Source: a bacterium (GTDB lineage: Bacteria; UBA8248; JACPRG01; G963555815). From it: a stretch of 64,000 bases of DNA. Every line of letters starts with the position of its first letter. The stretch's first letter is position 1. Both the position numbers and the translations under genes were made by a program. Location of the stretch: the NCBI GenBank assembly GCA_965218795.1, contig OZ244653.1, positions 1,120,001 to 1,184,000 on the forward strand, in the 5' to 3' direction. Below the pieces are notes generated by a model. That model ran no database searches and was not told the DNA's origin. It was given only the letters and a program-made list of their open reading frames with translations. Below, one piece after another: positions 1 through 10,174 of this stretch.

Positions 1-839
1 AGGGCCTCGCCGGCATAGGGGTTTCCTTGGGAGACCGCCACTTCGCCGCCCTGCTCGACCGGGCGAATCGAGGGTGGAGGTGGACCCTCGGCAACTACCG
101 GGAGCTGTTCGCCAGTCAGTTCACCGCGCGAATCCTGCTCAACACGGCGTTCTATGTGGGTCTGACCCTTCTTCTGTTCAATACGGGTTTCGCCCTTCTC
201 CTGGCCACGCTCACCTTTTATCTTCCCGCGGGACAGTCCAGATTCTTTCGGGCGATCTGGCTGATTCCACGAATCAGTCCCTCCGTCATCTACGTTCTGG
301 TCTGGAAGTGGTTCACCTACGATGCCGGGCTGATGAGCGCCATTCTCGGCGCCGCGGGAATCGGGGCGGAGAACTGGCTGATGGAATATCCATGGACCTT
401 CATTGTCCTGATCAACGGCTTTGTGGGCGCCAGCATGGGACTGATCATCTTCACCAGCGCGATGCAGGCGATCCCCAGGTCGATCCTCTACGCAGCCGAG
501 GCCGACGGGGCCTATCCCGTCCAGCAGGTGTTCCGTATCATCCTGCCCCTGATGCGGTGGCCCATCCTCTTCATCACTTCCTACCAGACGCTGAGCCTTC
601 TGACCTCATGGGAATACATCCAGCTGACGACCGACGGCGGTCCGGGATTCTTCACGACCGAGGTGTGGGCGCTGTACGCTTACCACACCGCTCTTTCCAA
701 TTACTTCGGCAACCTGCGATACGGATACGGCTCCACCCTCGCGGTCGTCCTGGTTCTGCTCGGTATCGGTTTGGCGTTCATCTATCTGCGGCTGTTCAAT
801 TTCAGGGCGCTGGTCTCCGACCCGCCCATCGAGAATTGA
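1..839 (+). CDS. Carbohydrate ABC transporter permease (MalF/UgpA type), 5' truncated by window edge
   Basis: Multiple TM segments; EAA loop 'SILYAAEADGA...FRIILPLMR'; 'LTTDGGPG' motif; followed by second permease and ATPase. Confidence 0.9.
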   Translation, partial: GLAGIGVSLGDRHFAALLDRANRGWRWTLGNYRELFASQFTARILLNTAFYVGLTLLLFNTGFALLLATLTFYLPAGQSRFFRAIWLIPRISPSVIYVLVWKWFTYDAGLMSAILGAAGIGAENWLMEYPWTFIVLINGFVGASMGLIIFTSAMQAIPRSILYAAEADGAYPVQQVFRIILPLMRWPILFITSYQTLSLLTSWEYIQLTTDGGPGFFTTEVWALYAYHTALSNYFGNLRYGYGSTLAVVLVLLGIGLAFIYLRLFNFRALVSDPPIEN

Positions 840-841
840 AG

Positions 842-1666
842 ATGGACGAGAAGAGACGAGCCTGGAAATTGACGGCTGTATTGACCCTGGTCTCCCTCCC
901 CATTCTGGTGATGTACCTCTGGCTCTTCATCGACAGTTTTTCGCAAGGCGGAAAGGGAACGATTTGGCCCACGGCCTTCACATTGAGAAACTGGCGCTTT
1001 CTTTACGGGACGCTGGACGGCCATCCGTCGATCTGGCCCGTTACGCTCAACACGTTCATTTTTTCGGTGAGCGTGGTCTGCCTTGTCGTCGGGCTGTCCG
1101 CTCCCGCCGGATACGCGCTGTCCCGTCTGAGGTGGGCTTTCCGCAGCCGGTTTCTGGGCGGGATGCTGTTACTCCATTCCTTTCCGAGCATCACGCTGAT
1201 CATCGCCATCTTCGTGATGCTCCAGGCCCTTGGCCTTTACAACACGCTGATCGGAGTCATCCTCGTCAAGGCGTCCCTGGAACTCCCGCTGGGGATCTGG
1301 GTCATGAAAGGCTTCTATGACTCCGTGCCTTGGGAGATCGAAATGGCCGGCCTGCAGGACGGCGCCGGCCGCTTTCAGGTCTGGTACAAGCTCATTCTCC
1401 CCCAAATCAAGCCGGGGATTGCGGCCCTGTCCATCTTCTCCTTCATCGCCGGATGGAGCGAATACGTCATGCCGTTGATCCTGGCGCCGGGCGCGGAAGC
1501 GCAGACCCTGTCCGTCTATCTGGCCGGCCTGCTTCAGGACGATTATCTGTCGGACTTCGGCCTATTCAAGGCCGTGGGCCTTTTTTACATGGTTCCCGTG
1601 ATGATTTTTTATCTGTTCACCCAGGAAAAACTCATGCACATTTACGCCGGAGGCGCAAAGGGCTGA
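842..1666 (+). CDS. Carbohydrate ABC transporter permease (MalG/UgpE type)
   Basis: ATG at 842 (MDEKRRAW) in the 74..1666 ORF; 'SVPWEIEMAGLQDGA...ILPQIKPGIAA..F..GWSEY'. Confidence 0.9.
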   Translation: MDEKRRAWKLTAVLTLVSLPILVMYLWLFIDSFSQGGKGTIWPTAFTLRNWRFLYGTLDGHPSIWPVTLNTFIFSVSVVCLVVGLSAPAGYALSRLRWAFRSRFLGGMLLLHSFPSITLIIAIFVMLQALGLYNTLIGVILVKASLELPLGIWVMKGFYDSVPWEIEMAGLQDGAGRFQVWYKLILPQIKPGIAALSIFSFIAGWSEYVMPLILAPGAEAQTLSVYLAGLLQDDYLSDFGLFKAVGLFYMVPVMIFYLFTQEKLMHIYAGGAKG

Positions 1667-2739
1667 TGCGCGTCGTTCTGAATGGGGTATCCAAATCCTT
1701 CGGCCGGACGCCCGTTATCGAAGATCTGGACTTCGAAGTCCGGGACGGCGAGATGATGGCCTTGCTCGGTCCCTCCGGCTGCGGCAAGACGACAACCCTG
1801 TTATGCGTTTCCGGAATCCACCGCGTGTCCACCGGCCGGATCCTGTTTGGCGAACGCGAGGTTCATCTCCTGAGGCCGCAAGAGCGCAACGTCGGCATCG
1901 TTTTTCAGAATTATGCCCTCTACCCGCACCTCTCCGTCTACGAAAATATCGCCTTCCCCCTCCGGATCCAAAAGGAGACTCAGGGCGAAATCCGTCGAAG
2001 GGTCCAGGAAATCGCCTCGATCCTTCGGGTTCCGGAACTTCTGGATCGCCGTCCTGCGCAGCTGTCCGGAGGTCAGCAGCAAAGGATCGCCCTGGCCCGG
2101 GCATTGGTCCGCGACCCCGACGTCCTCCTGATGGACGAGCCCCTGGCCAATCTCGACGCGGCCCTTCGGCTGGAAATGCGCACCGAGGTCCGCCGAATTC
2201 AGCGGGAAACCGGAGTCAGTGCGATTCTTGTGACGCATGACCAGGTGGAGGCCATGAGCATGTGCGACCGAATCGCCCTGATGCAGGGGGGGCGGATCCA
2301 GCAGGTCGGGACGGCCACGGAGATGTATGAAAAGCCGCGCACCCGGTTCGTGGCGGGCTTTTTGGGTCATCCCCCCATCTCTTTTTGCGAGGGAACCGTC
2401 ACGGACGGGCGTTTCGATGCGGGATCGATCGGTTTCGAATTGCCCGAGAGCGTGCAGCGCGCCATTCCGTCCTCGGAAACCAGGATCGCCATCGGGATTC
2501 GGCCGGAGCACTTTCAGCCTGAACTCGATGTCAAGGTGGAGGGCGAGATCTCGTTCATCGAACCGCTGGGGCGGGAAACGGTGGTGGATGTCACGCTGAC
2601 GGACGGGAAACTCGTCCGCTCCGTCCGGAGCGGCAAGCCGTCCTTTCGAGTCGGGGATTCGGTTCGCTGGGGGTTTGAAAAGGAATCGCTGCTCTACTTC
2701 GATTCACGAGGAAACCGGCTCAAGCCGTCTGAATTCTGA
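1666..2739 (+). CDS. Sugar ABC transporter ATP-binding protein (MalK/UgpC family)
   Basis: TGATG overlap; Walker A GPSGCGKT, VFQNYALYPH, LSGGQQQR, LLMDEP, C-terminal TOBE-like region. Confidence 0.95.
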   Translation: MRVVLNGVSKSFGRTPVIEDLDFEVRDGEMMALLGPSGCGKTTTLLCVSGIHRVSTGRILFGEREVHLLRPQERNVGIVFQNYALYPHLSVYENIAFPLRIQKETQGEIRRRVQEIASILRVPELLDRRPAQLSGGQQQRIALARALVRDPDVLLMDEPLANLDAALRLEMRTEVRRIQRETGVSAILVTHDQVEAMSMCDRIALMQGGRIQQVGTATEMYEKPRTRFVAGFLGHPPISFCEGTVTDGRFDAGSIGFELPESVQRAIPSSETRIAIGIRPEHFQPELDVKVEGEISFIEPLGRETVVDVTLTDGKLVRSVRSGKPSFRVGDSVRWGFEKESLLYFDSRGNRLKPSEF

Positions 2740-2802
2740 CCAGGTGCTTCTGAACCGGTCCTTGCGCCTTAGAATATCGGGTTGTTTTCGGCAGGGCATA
2801 AA

Positions 2803-4064
2803 ATGAAAAACATAAAGAATACTGAACTTTCCGGTTTTCAATCAATCATTCACGTCAATGAAAAGGCCGGACGGTTCGGTGGAACGGAAGAGTATATCGA
2901 TACACTCGTCCAGACATGCACTGATCGAGGAGTTCGATCATGCCTTGTGTATGGAAAAAGGCACGGTACCGTCGGTCCGGACCTGAATCTGATTGAGGTG
3001 CCGGGTCTGGAAGACCGTAATGCAGGCGTGTTTCTCAACGAGTGAGAGCCTCGGTTGATAAGCTTCAACCTGACGTTGTATATGTGCACAACCTCTTCGA
3101 TGGTCGGGTCCTGCAGGCGTTGGGAAAACCCGGGAGAAGTTATGCGCTTTTGATGTATATTCATGATCATTATTTAACCTGTCTTACGGAATTACGCGCA
3201 AGCCATGATGAAAAAATGGTGTAAGAACGATTGTCCTCAAACTGTCTGGAACAAATAGCCAAAGGAGTCTGTGTAAAGCGTCATGCTGATCGGTCCTATT
3301 CCACCGAGGATCTTCAAGCAAGAAAGCAACTGCTCGAATCGATAAGATATTCGGATGCGCTTGTTGTCATCAGTCCGTATATGAAAGAAGTCCTGCAAAG
3401 CAATATGCCGGCTGTTGCGGACAGGATACACATTCTCCCTCGTCAGATACGGCAACCCGCTCATCCGCCTGTTCGATCGGCACGCGACGCTGTTCATATC
3501 GGCTATGTGGGAAGAATCGCTCATGAGAAGGGATTGCACGTCGCTTTAGACGCCCACCGGCATTTACCTGTGAACCAACCGATCAGCTTTTCCGTTGCCG
3601 GAGTGCAGGAGAACAAAGCCTATTGGGAACAATGCCGCGTGGAAATGAAAGAGATACAGAGAGCGAAGCCCACGATTCGGCTCAGGTATTTAGGGGACCT
3701 TTCGTACGAAGGGGTGGACAGACTGTATGGCTCATTGGATATTCTCCTCGTCCCGACCATCTGGGCTGAACCCTTTTGCGCAACGGGCGCGGAAGCGCTT
3801 GCGCATGGGGTGGTTGTCATTGCTTCCGAGATAGGCGGGATACCCACATATCTAAAAGATGGCGAAACCGGGATACTTGCCCCTCCCCGGGATGCGAAAG
3901 CGCTCAGCGCGGCTCTGGAGCGTGTGATGAAGGAACCGAGGGCCTCGGCCAGGGTTCAGGAAAACGGCAGATCACTTATTGCAACACGATTCACCTCTGA
4001 AAAACACTTTGAAGCCTTACGAAATCTTGTCGGACAGATCAAGGCAGCAATGAGATATGCGTAA
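2803..4064 (+). pseudogene. Glycosyltransferase family 4 pseudogene (frameshift near 3040 and in-frame TAA at 3222-3224)
   Basis: Three collinear pieces: 'FGGTEEY', 'PDVVYVHN..IHDHYLTC', 'YVGRIAHEKG...WAEPF..EALAHG..VIASEIGG'; lower GC than flanks. Confidence 0.75.
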
Positions 4065-4135
4065 GACTAGGCATCTTCCCAAACAGATGATATCTTTCAA
4101 AGAGGCATGAGACCCCCCGGAAGCCTGCTCTCGAA

Positions 4136-4561
4136 TGTCTTAGTCGGGGGACAGAGCGGGAGAAGCCATGACAAGGGCAGAGAAGAAGGTCGTGAAACAG
4201 CGACTCAGCGCCCTGCAGCTGGCCGAGGCCCTGGGCAACGTAGTGGATTCCCGCTTCCGCGGGAATGGCAAGACGGGGGCTGCATGGTCCTGTTCGGTCA
4301 TTCCTGCGCAGGCAGGAATCCAGGGAGGGGGTAAGCTGGCAGATTGCAACAGGAATCCGGGGGCAGGCCCCCTGCCGAATACATGCAGGTGCAGGCCATA
4401 CTGACCGACAACGGTCGGGAGTACTGGGGGAAGGAAACGCATCCCTATACAGCGGCCAGTTGTCTCGCCCAATCGCCACGACGGCTCCAAATCCCTGCGG
4501 TGCCGGCCTTGCAGGCCGCCAGCTCTCTCACACCAATGCCGCACAACGTCGTCGCCAGACA
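4136..4561 (+). mobile_element. IS481-family transposase remnant, internally deleted and invaded by palindromic repeats
   Basis: N-terminal 'MTRAEKKVVKQRLSALQLAEALGNV' (4168) and core fragment 'VQAILTDNGREYWGKETHPY' (~4388-4449) resemble IS481 Tpases; possible TGTCT...AGACA ends. Confidence 0.6.
4244..4323. repeat. Pair of ATTCCY-N8-RGGAAT (dRS3/REP-like) palindromes
   Basis: ggattcccgcttccgcgggaatg and gtcattcctgcgcaggcaggaatcc in opposite orientation; same family at 26666-26689. Confidence 0.75.
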
Positions 4562-4562
4562 T

Positions 4563-4593
4563 AAAAAAACCCCGGTGAATTCCTTCACCGGGG
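4563..4593 (-). terminator. Rho-independent terminator downstream of tRNA-fMet
   Basis: ccccggtgaa-ttcc-ttcaccgggg 10-bp stem followed by T7 on the minus strand. Confidence 0.85.
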
Positions 4594-4665
4594 GTCGGAC
4601 GGAGAACTCAGAGTCCAGACAAGGCCGGCGATGCCGGCAACCCTTCACTCCCCAATGCTTTTTTC

Positions 4666-4742
<77 letters not shown>

Positions 4743-4803
4743 TCGTTTTCAAGCTCCCCTATGGATAGTTCATGAACGTGGATTTGTCAAGACAGACGCG
4801 GGA

Positions 4804-5241
4804 TTATCGCTTCTCGATGAACTCGTAAACGGTATCCCCCGGCCTGACCAATCCCAAGACGTCCCGGGCGATGCGCTCGACTTCGTCCGGGTCATTCCTG
4901 AGACGACCGATCTCGGCCTGCAACGCCGTATTTTCCTCCGCCAGACGGTTCATATCGGCACGCATCGACGCAACCTGCTCCGCAAGACGGAGCACGTCGA
5001 GGATCCCCTGGTCGCGGAACAACGCCACGCCCAATATCCCAAGGCTTACGGCAACCATGAAAATGACCATCAACCGGGAGAGACTCAGCCGACCGGACTG
5101 GAGCCAGGTCCGCAACCTGGAGGTCTTTTTCGGCGCTTTCCGCCCCTTGCGGGCGGCCATGACGGCCTTGCGGCTGCCCTTCCCCGAGGCAGACCCTCTC
5201 CCCTGCTTCCCGTCTTTCCGCGATTTGGAAAACACGTTCAC
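4804..5241 (-). CDS. ftsB: Septum formation initiator FtsB/DivIC
   Basis: TM helix, coiled coil, 'IARDVLGLVRPGDTVY' signature. Confidence 0.85.
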   Translation of the reverse strand: MNVFSKSRKDGKQGRGSASGKGSRKAVMAARKGRKAPKKTSRLRTWLQSGRLSLSRLMVIFMVAVSLGILGVALFRDQGILDVLRLAEQVASMRADMNRLAEENTALQAEIGRLRNDPDEVERIARDVLGLVRPGDTVYEFIEKR

Positions 5242-5257
5242 ATCGTCCTCTCAAAAC

Positions 5258-6538
5258 TCAAAGAGCGCTCAAGACCCGGCGGGCCGCCGCGCCTGTCAAG
5301 GCCACATCTTCCTCGGTGTGCGCGAGGGATACGAAACCGGCCTCGAACTGTGAAGGCGCCAGATTCACTCCTTCCGCCAACATGGCGTGGAAGTATCGCC
5401 CGTAACGATCGGCATCAGCCCTCTTGGCCGAGAGGAAGTCATGAACGGGGCCCTCCGTGAAGAACCCGCAAAATACCGAACCTGTCCGGTTCAGGGTCAC
5501 CGTCACGCCGGCTTCATCGGCTGCGGACCGGAGATCTCCCTCCAGTTGCGCGGCTCGTTCCTCCAGCGATTCATACACGCCCTCCGCCCGCAGACCCTCG
5601 AGCGTTGCGATCCCCGCGGCCATGGCCAGGGGGTTTCCCGCGAGGGTTCCGGCCTGATAGACGGCCCCCTGGGGGGCGACGCACTCCATCACATCCTGCC
5701 GGCCCCCATAGGCGCCGACCGGAAGGCCGCCGCCCAGGATCTTCCCAAGGCAGGTCAGGTCGGGCTGAACGCCGTACAACTCCTGCGCTCCGCCGCGCGC
5801 AACCCGAAAACCGGTGATCACCTCATCGAAAATGAGCAACGCGCCCGCGGTCTCGGTCTGTTCGCGGAGGCCCTCGAGAAATCCCGGCGCCGGGGGGATC
5901 ACGCCGCAGTTCGCCGCTATCGGCTCGACGATCACGGCGGCGATCTCGCCTCCCCGCGACCGGAGGAGGGTCTCGACCGCGTCGAGGTCGTTGAAGGGAA
6001 GCGTCAGGGTCAACTCCGCGTACCCGGCGGGGACGCCCGCGCTGTCCGGGATGCCGAACGTGAGGGCCCCCGATCCCGCCTTCACCAGAAGCCCGTCGGA
6101 GTGCCCGTGATAGCAGCCTTCGAGCTTGACGATGAGATCACGGCCCGTGAATCCTCGGGCAACGCGGAGGGCGCTCATCGCCGCTTCGGTTCCCGAGTTG
6201 ACCATTCGGAGCATTTCGATCGACGGAAAGGCCTCCATGACCAGCCGCGCCAGCCTGGACTCCATCTCCGTTGGAGCGCCAAAGCTCGTGCCGCCTTCCG
6301 CCGCCTCGCACACGGCCCGCACGACATCCGGACAGGCATGGCCGAGGATCAGCGGGCCCCAGGAGCCGAGGTAATCAATATACTCGTTCCCGTCTTCGTC
6401 CCAGATGCGGGAACCCATTCCCCGCTTGACGAAAGGAGGGCTCCCCCCAACCGCCCGAAACGCGCGGACCGGACTGTTCACGCCGCCCGGGAAAAGGCGC
6501 TGGGCATCCTCGAACAGTTCCAGGGATTTACTGGACAT
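5258..6538 (-). CDS. hemL: Glutamate-1-semialdehyde 2,1-aminomutase
   Basis: '[11 protein letters not shown]', 'NSGTEA', 'FDEVITGFR', '[10 protein letters not shown]', 'PSQFEAGF'. Confidence 0.97.
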   Translation of the reverse strand: MSSKSLELFEDAQRLFPGGVNSPVRAFRAVGGSPPFVKRGMGSRIWDEDGNEYIDYLGSWGPLILGHACPDVVRAVCEAAEGGTSFGAPTEMESRLARLVMEAFPSIEMLRMVNSGTEAAMSALRVARGFTGRDLIVKLEGCYHGHSDGLLVKAGSGALTFGIPDSAGVPAGYAELTLTLPFNDLDAVETLLRSRGGEIAAVIVEPIAANCGVIPPAPGFLEGLREQTETAGALLIFDEVITGFRVARGGAQELYGVQPDLTCLGKILGGGLPVGAYGGRQDVMECVAPQGAVYQAGTLAGNPLAMAAGIATLEGLRAEGVYESLEERAAQLEGDLRSAADEAGVTVTLNRTGSVFCGFFTEGPVHDFLSAKRADADRYGRYFHAMLAEGVNLAPSQFEAGFVSLAHTEEDVALTGAAARRVLSAL

Positions 6539-7409
6539 ACTTTCCGATAATGGGTTTCAGGCGTTCCTTGGCTTCCGCAGGAATCCTGTCGGGCGCGGTA
6601 ATGATTCCTCCTTCGAGCGCCCGGCCGCAATCGCAGGAGCGCTCCTGCGGCAACATGGACACCACCTCCCGAATGAGCTGTCGGCCGCGCTCGACGTTGG
6701 CCAGGAGGACGGCGATGATGGCTTCTGTCGAGACGTGATGCGCTTCCTCCTCGCGCCAGCAGTCGTAGTCGGTCACCAGGGCGATCGTCCCGTAGCAGAT
6801 CTCGGCCTCGCGCGCCAGCTTGGCCTCGGTCACATTCGTCATTCCTATCACACTGACGCCCCAGGACCGGTACAGAAACGATTCTCCACGCGTCGAGAAC
6901 TGTGGACCTTCGATGCACACGTAGGTTCCCCCCGCATGATACGCGACACCGCATTTCTGCGCGGCCTTCTCATAGGTCCGACAGACCTGGTCGCAAACCG
7001 GGCGGGCCATGGCCACATGTCCCACAACGCCGTCTCCGAAGAATGTCGAGGCCCGCTTGGTCGTCCGGTCGATGAACTGGTCGGGGAACACCACGTCCGA
7101 GGGGTGGATCTCATCCTTCATGCTGCCGACTGCGCTGACGGAGAGGATGCGGTCCGCGCCCAGGAGCTTCATTCCGTAGATATTGGCTCGAAAATTCACT
7201 TCCGAGGGGGAATAAACGTGGCCGCGTCCGTGGCGGGAGAGAAACGCCATGGGCCGGTCGCCGAGGCTGCCGAGAATAAATGAATCGGAGGGAGGGCCGA
7301 AGGGGGTATCGAGGGTCACTTCTTCCACGTCGGCCAATTCGGGCATTTCGTAAAGCCCGCTGCCGCCGATCACACCGATGCGTCCGGTGACCCCATGGTG
7401 TTCCTCCAA
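6528..7409 (-). CDS. mtnP: S-methyl-5'-thioadenosine phosphorylase
   Basis: '[10 protein letters not shown]', 'RHGRGH', '[11 protein letters not shown]', 'GMT', 'VTDYDCW'. Confidence 0.95.
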   Translation of the reverse strand: MEEHHGVTGRIGVIGGSGLYEMPELADVEEVTLDTPFGPPSDSFILGSLGDRPMAFLSRHGRGHVYSPSEVNFRANIYGMKLLGADRILSVSAVGSMKDEIHPSDVVFPDQFIDRTTKRASTFFGDGVVGHVAMARPVCDQVCRTYEKAAQKCGVAYHAGGTYVCIEGPQFSTRGESFLYRSWGVSVIGMTNVTEAKLAREAEICYGTIALVTDYDCWREEEAHHVSTEAIIAVLLANVERGRQLIREVVSMLPQERSCDCGRALEGGIITAPDRIPAEAKERLKPIIGKYVQ

Positions 7410-7509
7410 AAAGATATCTCCCGGAAACCCGATCCCTTAAAGTAACTTCTCAAGTCCGGCCGAAGGAGATTATCACCGGCGGAAGCATTGGGTCAACCGA
7501 AAAACCCCT

Positions 7510-7764
7510 TCATTCTCCTTCCAAAGGGGCGCGAAACTGGTCCCACAAACGCTCGAAACGGCTCGCGTAGACCATCTCGTAGAGTTCCATCCGATCCGGA
7601 AACAGCCGCTCACACTCTTCCCGCACCCGACTCTTCTCAATCTCGATGTCGATACGGGGATAATCTTCCAGCAGGATGAGAGATGAGACCTGATCCGCCA
7701 TTCGGCTGAGACGCCGGGCGGCCTCCCTTTCCCGTCGAAGCTCATCAGAAACCATGATGTTCAC
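7510..7764 (-). CDS. Small hypothetical protein (84 aa)
   Basis: GAGAGG RBS; charged helical sequence 'FPDRMELYEMVYASRFERLWDQFR'; co-oriented with neighbours. Confidence 0.7.
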   Translation of the reverse strand: MNIMVSDELRREREAARRLSRMADQVSSLILLEDYPRIDIEIEKSRVREECERLFPDRMELYEMVYASRFERLWDQFRAPLEGE

Positions 7765-7808
7765 CTCTCAGGCCGGCAAAGGGATTACGGTCTTTGTTGC
7801 GCTCGGAT

Positions 7809-8831
7809 TCAATCCCCGCGGGGCCCTCCTCGATGAGAGACCTGGGGCAGCACGCCGGCGGCCAGGACCTTCATATAATTGTCTGAATCGTCCGTAATCG
7901 GGAGAATGAACACCGCATCCGCCCCCAAGCCGGCAATTGACGAGAACCGCTCGGCGCATTCCTCCGGCGTTCCGGCAATTCCGAACCTATCGATCCACTC
8001 GTCGGGGATTGTATCGACCACACCCTGATGGGACGCGGTCACGCGATAGTGTTGCGTGTATTGATAGTCTTTCAGTGCGCGAATCCGCTCCGCCTTCGGG
8101 ATCCCGGAGACGTCTTCCGGGAGGGGCATGGAAAGCCGGCGCGCCACCCAGGCGCGGATATTCCGTCTTGTCTCCGGGCGATCTGCGGAGACGGCGCATC
8201 CGACAAAAACGATCAACTGGAATTCGGACCAGCCACGGCCGCTTTTCTTCAGGCCGGATTCAATACAGCCCTTCACCCACCCGAGGATCTTCGGTGAGAT
8301 GCCGGCGCTGACGATGGCGCCGTCGGCCACCTCTCCGGCCATTTCGAGCATTTTGGGTCCGTTGGCGGCCAGGCATACGGGGACCCGGACCGGCCGGTCG
8401 TCGTTGAAAGCCGGGACCGGATTACCGCCGAAGGTCCCCTCTTTTCCCCGGATGAGATCCCGAACGCAGGAAACCACCTCCCGGCAGTAAGCGAGGTCTG
8501 CGGGAGGCATACCCAGATGAAGCAGCGCGGTGTTTCCGACCCCGATCCCGAGCAGGAAACGCTCACCGGCCAAGTCGGTCACGGTGACGGCCGAACGCGC
8601 CAGAACCGCGGGATGCCGCGTCCGGGGATTACTGACCCCGACACCCAGAGCGATGCGCTCGGTCTTATCCGCCAATCGGCCCAGCAGCGTGTAGGGGTCG
8701 GGCCAGATCCCTTGGGAATCGGCCATCCAGAGCCGATCGAAGCCGTATCCCTCAACCTTCTCGCATACCCTCAGCAACTCCCGGGTGGAACTGAACGCTT
8801 CCTGGGGAAAACCGCCGATTCCGATTTCCAT
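7809..8831 (-). CDS. LLM-class flavin/F420-dependent oxidoreductase (Mer-like)
   Basis: 'GFDRLWMADS', 'NPRTRHPAVLA', 'AANGPKMLEMAGEVADG', 'AGTPEEC'. Confidence 0.9.
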   Translation of the reverse strand: MEIGIGGFPQEAFSSTRELLRVCEKVEGYGFDRLWMADSQGIWPDPYTLLGRLADKTERIALGVGVSNPRTRHPAVLARSAVTVTDLAGERFLLGIGVGNTALLHLGMPPADLAYCREVVSCVRDLIRGKEGTFGGNPVPAFNDDRPVRVPVCLAANGPKMLEMAGEVADGAIVSAGISPKILGWVKGCIESGLKKSGRGWSEFQLIVFVGCAVSADRPETRRNIRAWVARRLSMPLPEDVSGIPKAERIRALKDYQYTQHYRVTASHQGVVDTIPDEWIDRFGIAGTPEECAERFSSIAGLGADAVFILPITDDSDNYMKVLAAGVLPQVSHRGGPRGD

Positions 8832-8908
8832 GGTCAGACCTCCCCCCCCCCGAAAGCCTCTCGGGCTTCGTCCGGCTCACTTTCCCGCACAAGGAACCTG
8901 CCGCTCCT

Positions 8909-9487
8909 TTATTCTCCGCGCACTTCTCCGATGAAGGCGGAAGCCGGACGCAGGAGGATCGAGTGAACCCGCCCGGAGGTGCCGGTCCGAACCTCGAACC
9001 GCAACCGGGGATCCACCGTCATCACCTGGCCGATCGCCACGCCGTAGCGCATGACGGGCCGCCGTCTCCATTTCGAATACTTCTTCAGATATGCAAAGGG
9101 CCTGCCTCCGAACTCCTGGCCCTCCATTCGATCCAGACGCTTGACGAGGTCTGCCCGGCCCATTTCCCCCAAGTCTTCGGCCATGAATTCCAGTTCAGAC
9201 AATTCCAGGATCGAAATTCTGGCCCCGCCTTCGGGGTCGAGCACCACAGCCAATGGAACCGCCCCTTGACCGGCCCGCGCATACACCAGGACGGCCTTGT
9301 ACCGGACATCCAGCAATCCCGACAAGAGCCCTTCGAAAGGCGAGGGAGGTCTCCTGGGCGAGGCGCACGCGATGACCCCGAACAGAATCCCCAATGATAA
9401 GAGCTGATTCCGGAACCGCCGTCCCGATATCACGAATTTCCCTTCCGCATGAATGTTATGACGGCTCCGAGTCCGGCTCTCCCGCAA
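8909..9487 (-). CDS. Hypothetical lipoprotein (possibly C-terminally truncated)
   Basis: Signal-like 'LLSLGILFGVIAC' lipobox; in a co-oriented gene run; true start may be downstream of 9487. Confidence 0.55.
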   Translation of the reverse strand: MRESRTRSRHNIHAEGKFVISGRRFRNQLLSLGILFGVIACASPRRPPSPFEGLLSGLLDVRYKAVLVYARAGQGAVPLAVVLDPEGGARISILELSELEFMAEDLGEMGRADLVKRLDRMEGQEFGGRPFAYLKKYSKWRRRPVMRYGVAIGQVMTVDPRLRFEVRTGTSGRVHSILLRPASAFIGEVRGE

Positions 9488-10169
9488 ACGCCGGTAGAAG
9501 CATGTACCCCTCTTTCGGAACGTCGATCACCGGAGCAAGCCCCTGGACCCGTTTCAATCGCTGGATCGTATGAAGGTGCAACAGGCACTCGAAATACATC
9601 TGCCTGATCATTCCGACAAGATTGATGCGGAATCGGTTCGGGTTTCCGGGGACAAAACGGATGTCCGGGTTGATCGAGTCGGCCGCGCGCCAGAACGCCA
9701 TCACCGAATCTCCCGAAGGATATCGCGCATCGGCCTCGACGACACGGTCGAGCTCCTTTTCGCGCATCTGCTCCGGCGTCTCTCGTTTCAGTATCAACAG
9801 GATGAGGTCCACGCCTTCCTGCAATCGGAACAGAAGCCGCTCAACCGACCCCTGGGTTTCCTCATCGAATCGACGATCGAGCTTCCCGCAGGCTTCTGCG
9901 TCGAAATCCGGCATCCGGTCATCCGGGCCGAAAACCTGCGGAGCCCATTGATTGACCAGCCAATGGAAATGGACGTATGCGGCGTGACTGAGCTGGCGCC
10001 GGATACTCCACTTCATCCAGTCCACCTGCTCATTTTCGAAGTCCAGCCGGGCGTCCGAGAGACCTTCCACCTCGCGGGCGTACCATTCGGGGATTCGTGG
10101 ATAGTTTGGAAAGAGCAATGTGGCGCGTCCCTCGCCGTTCAAAAAATGGTCCTCCGCGAACCCATGCAA
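9456..10169 (-). CDS. DinB/YfiT-like helical bundle protein
   Basis: 'KWSIRRQLSHAA' and C-terminal 'LHLHTIQRLKRVQGL' His motifs; start uncertain (TTG). Confidence 0.55.
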   Translation of the reverse strand: MHGFAEDHFLNGEGRATLLFPNYPRIPEWYAREVEGLSDARLDFENEQVDWMKWSIRRQLSHAAYVHFHWLVNQWAPQVFGPDDRMPDFDAEACGKLDRRFDEETQGSVERLLFRLQEGVDLILLILKRETPEQMREKELDRVVEADARYPSGDSVMAFWRAADSINPDIRFVPGNPNRFRINLVGMIRQMYFECLLHLHTIQRLKRVQGLAPVIDVPKEGYMLLPAFAGEPDSEPS

Positions 10170-10174
10170 CGTTG

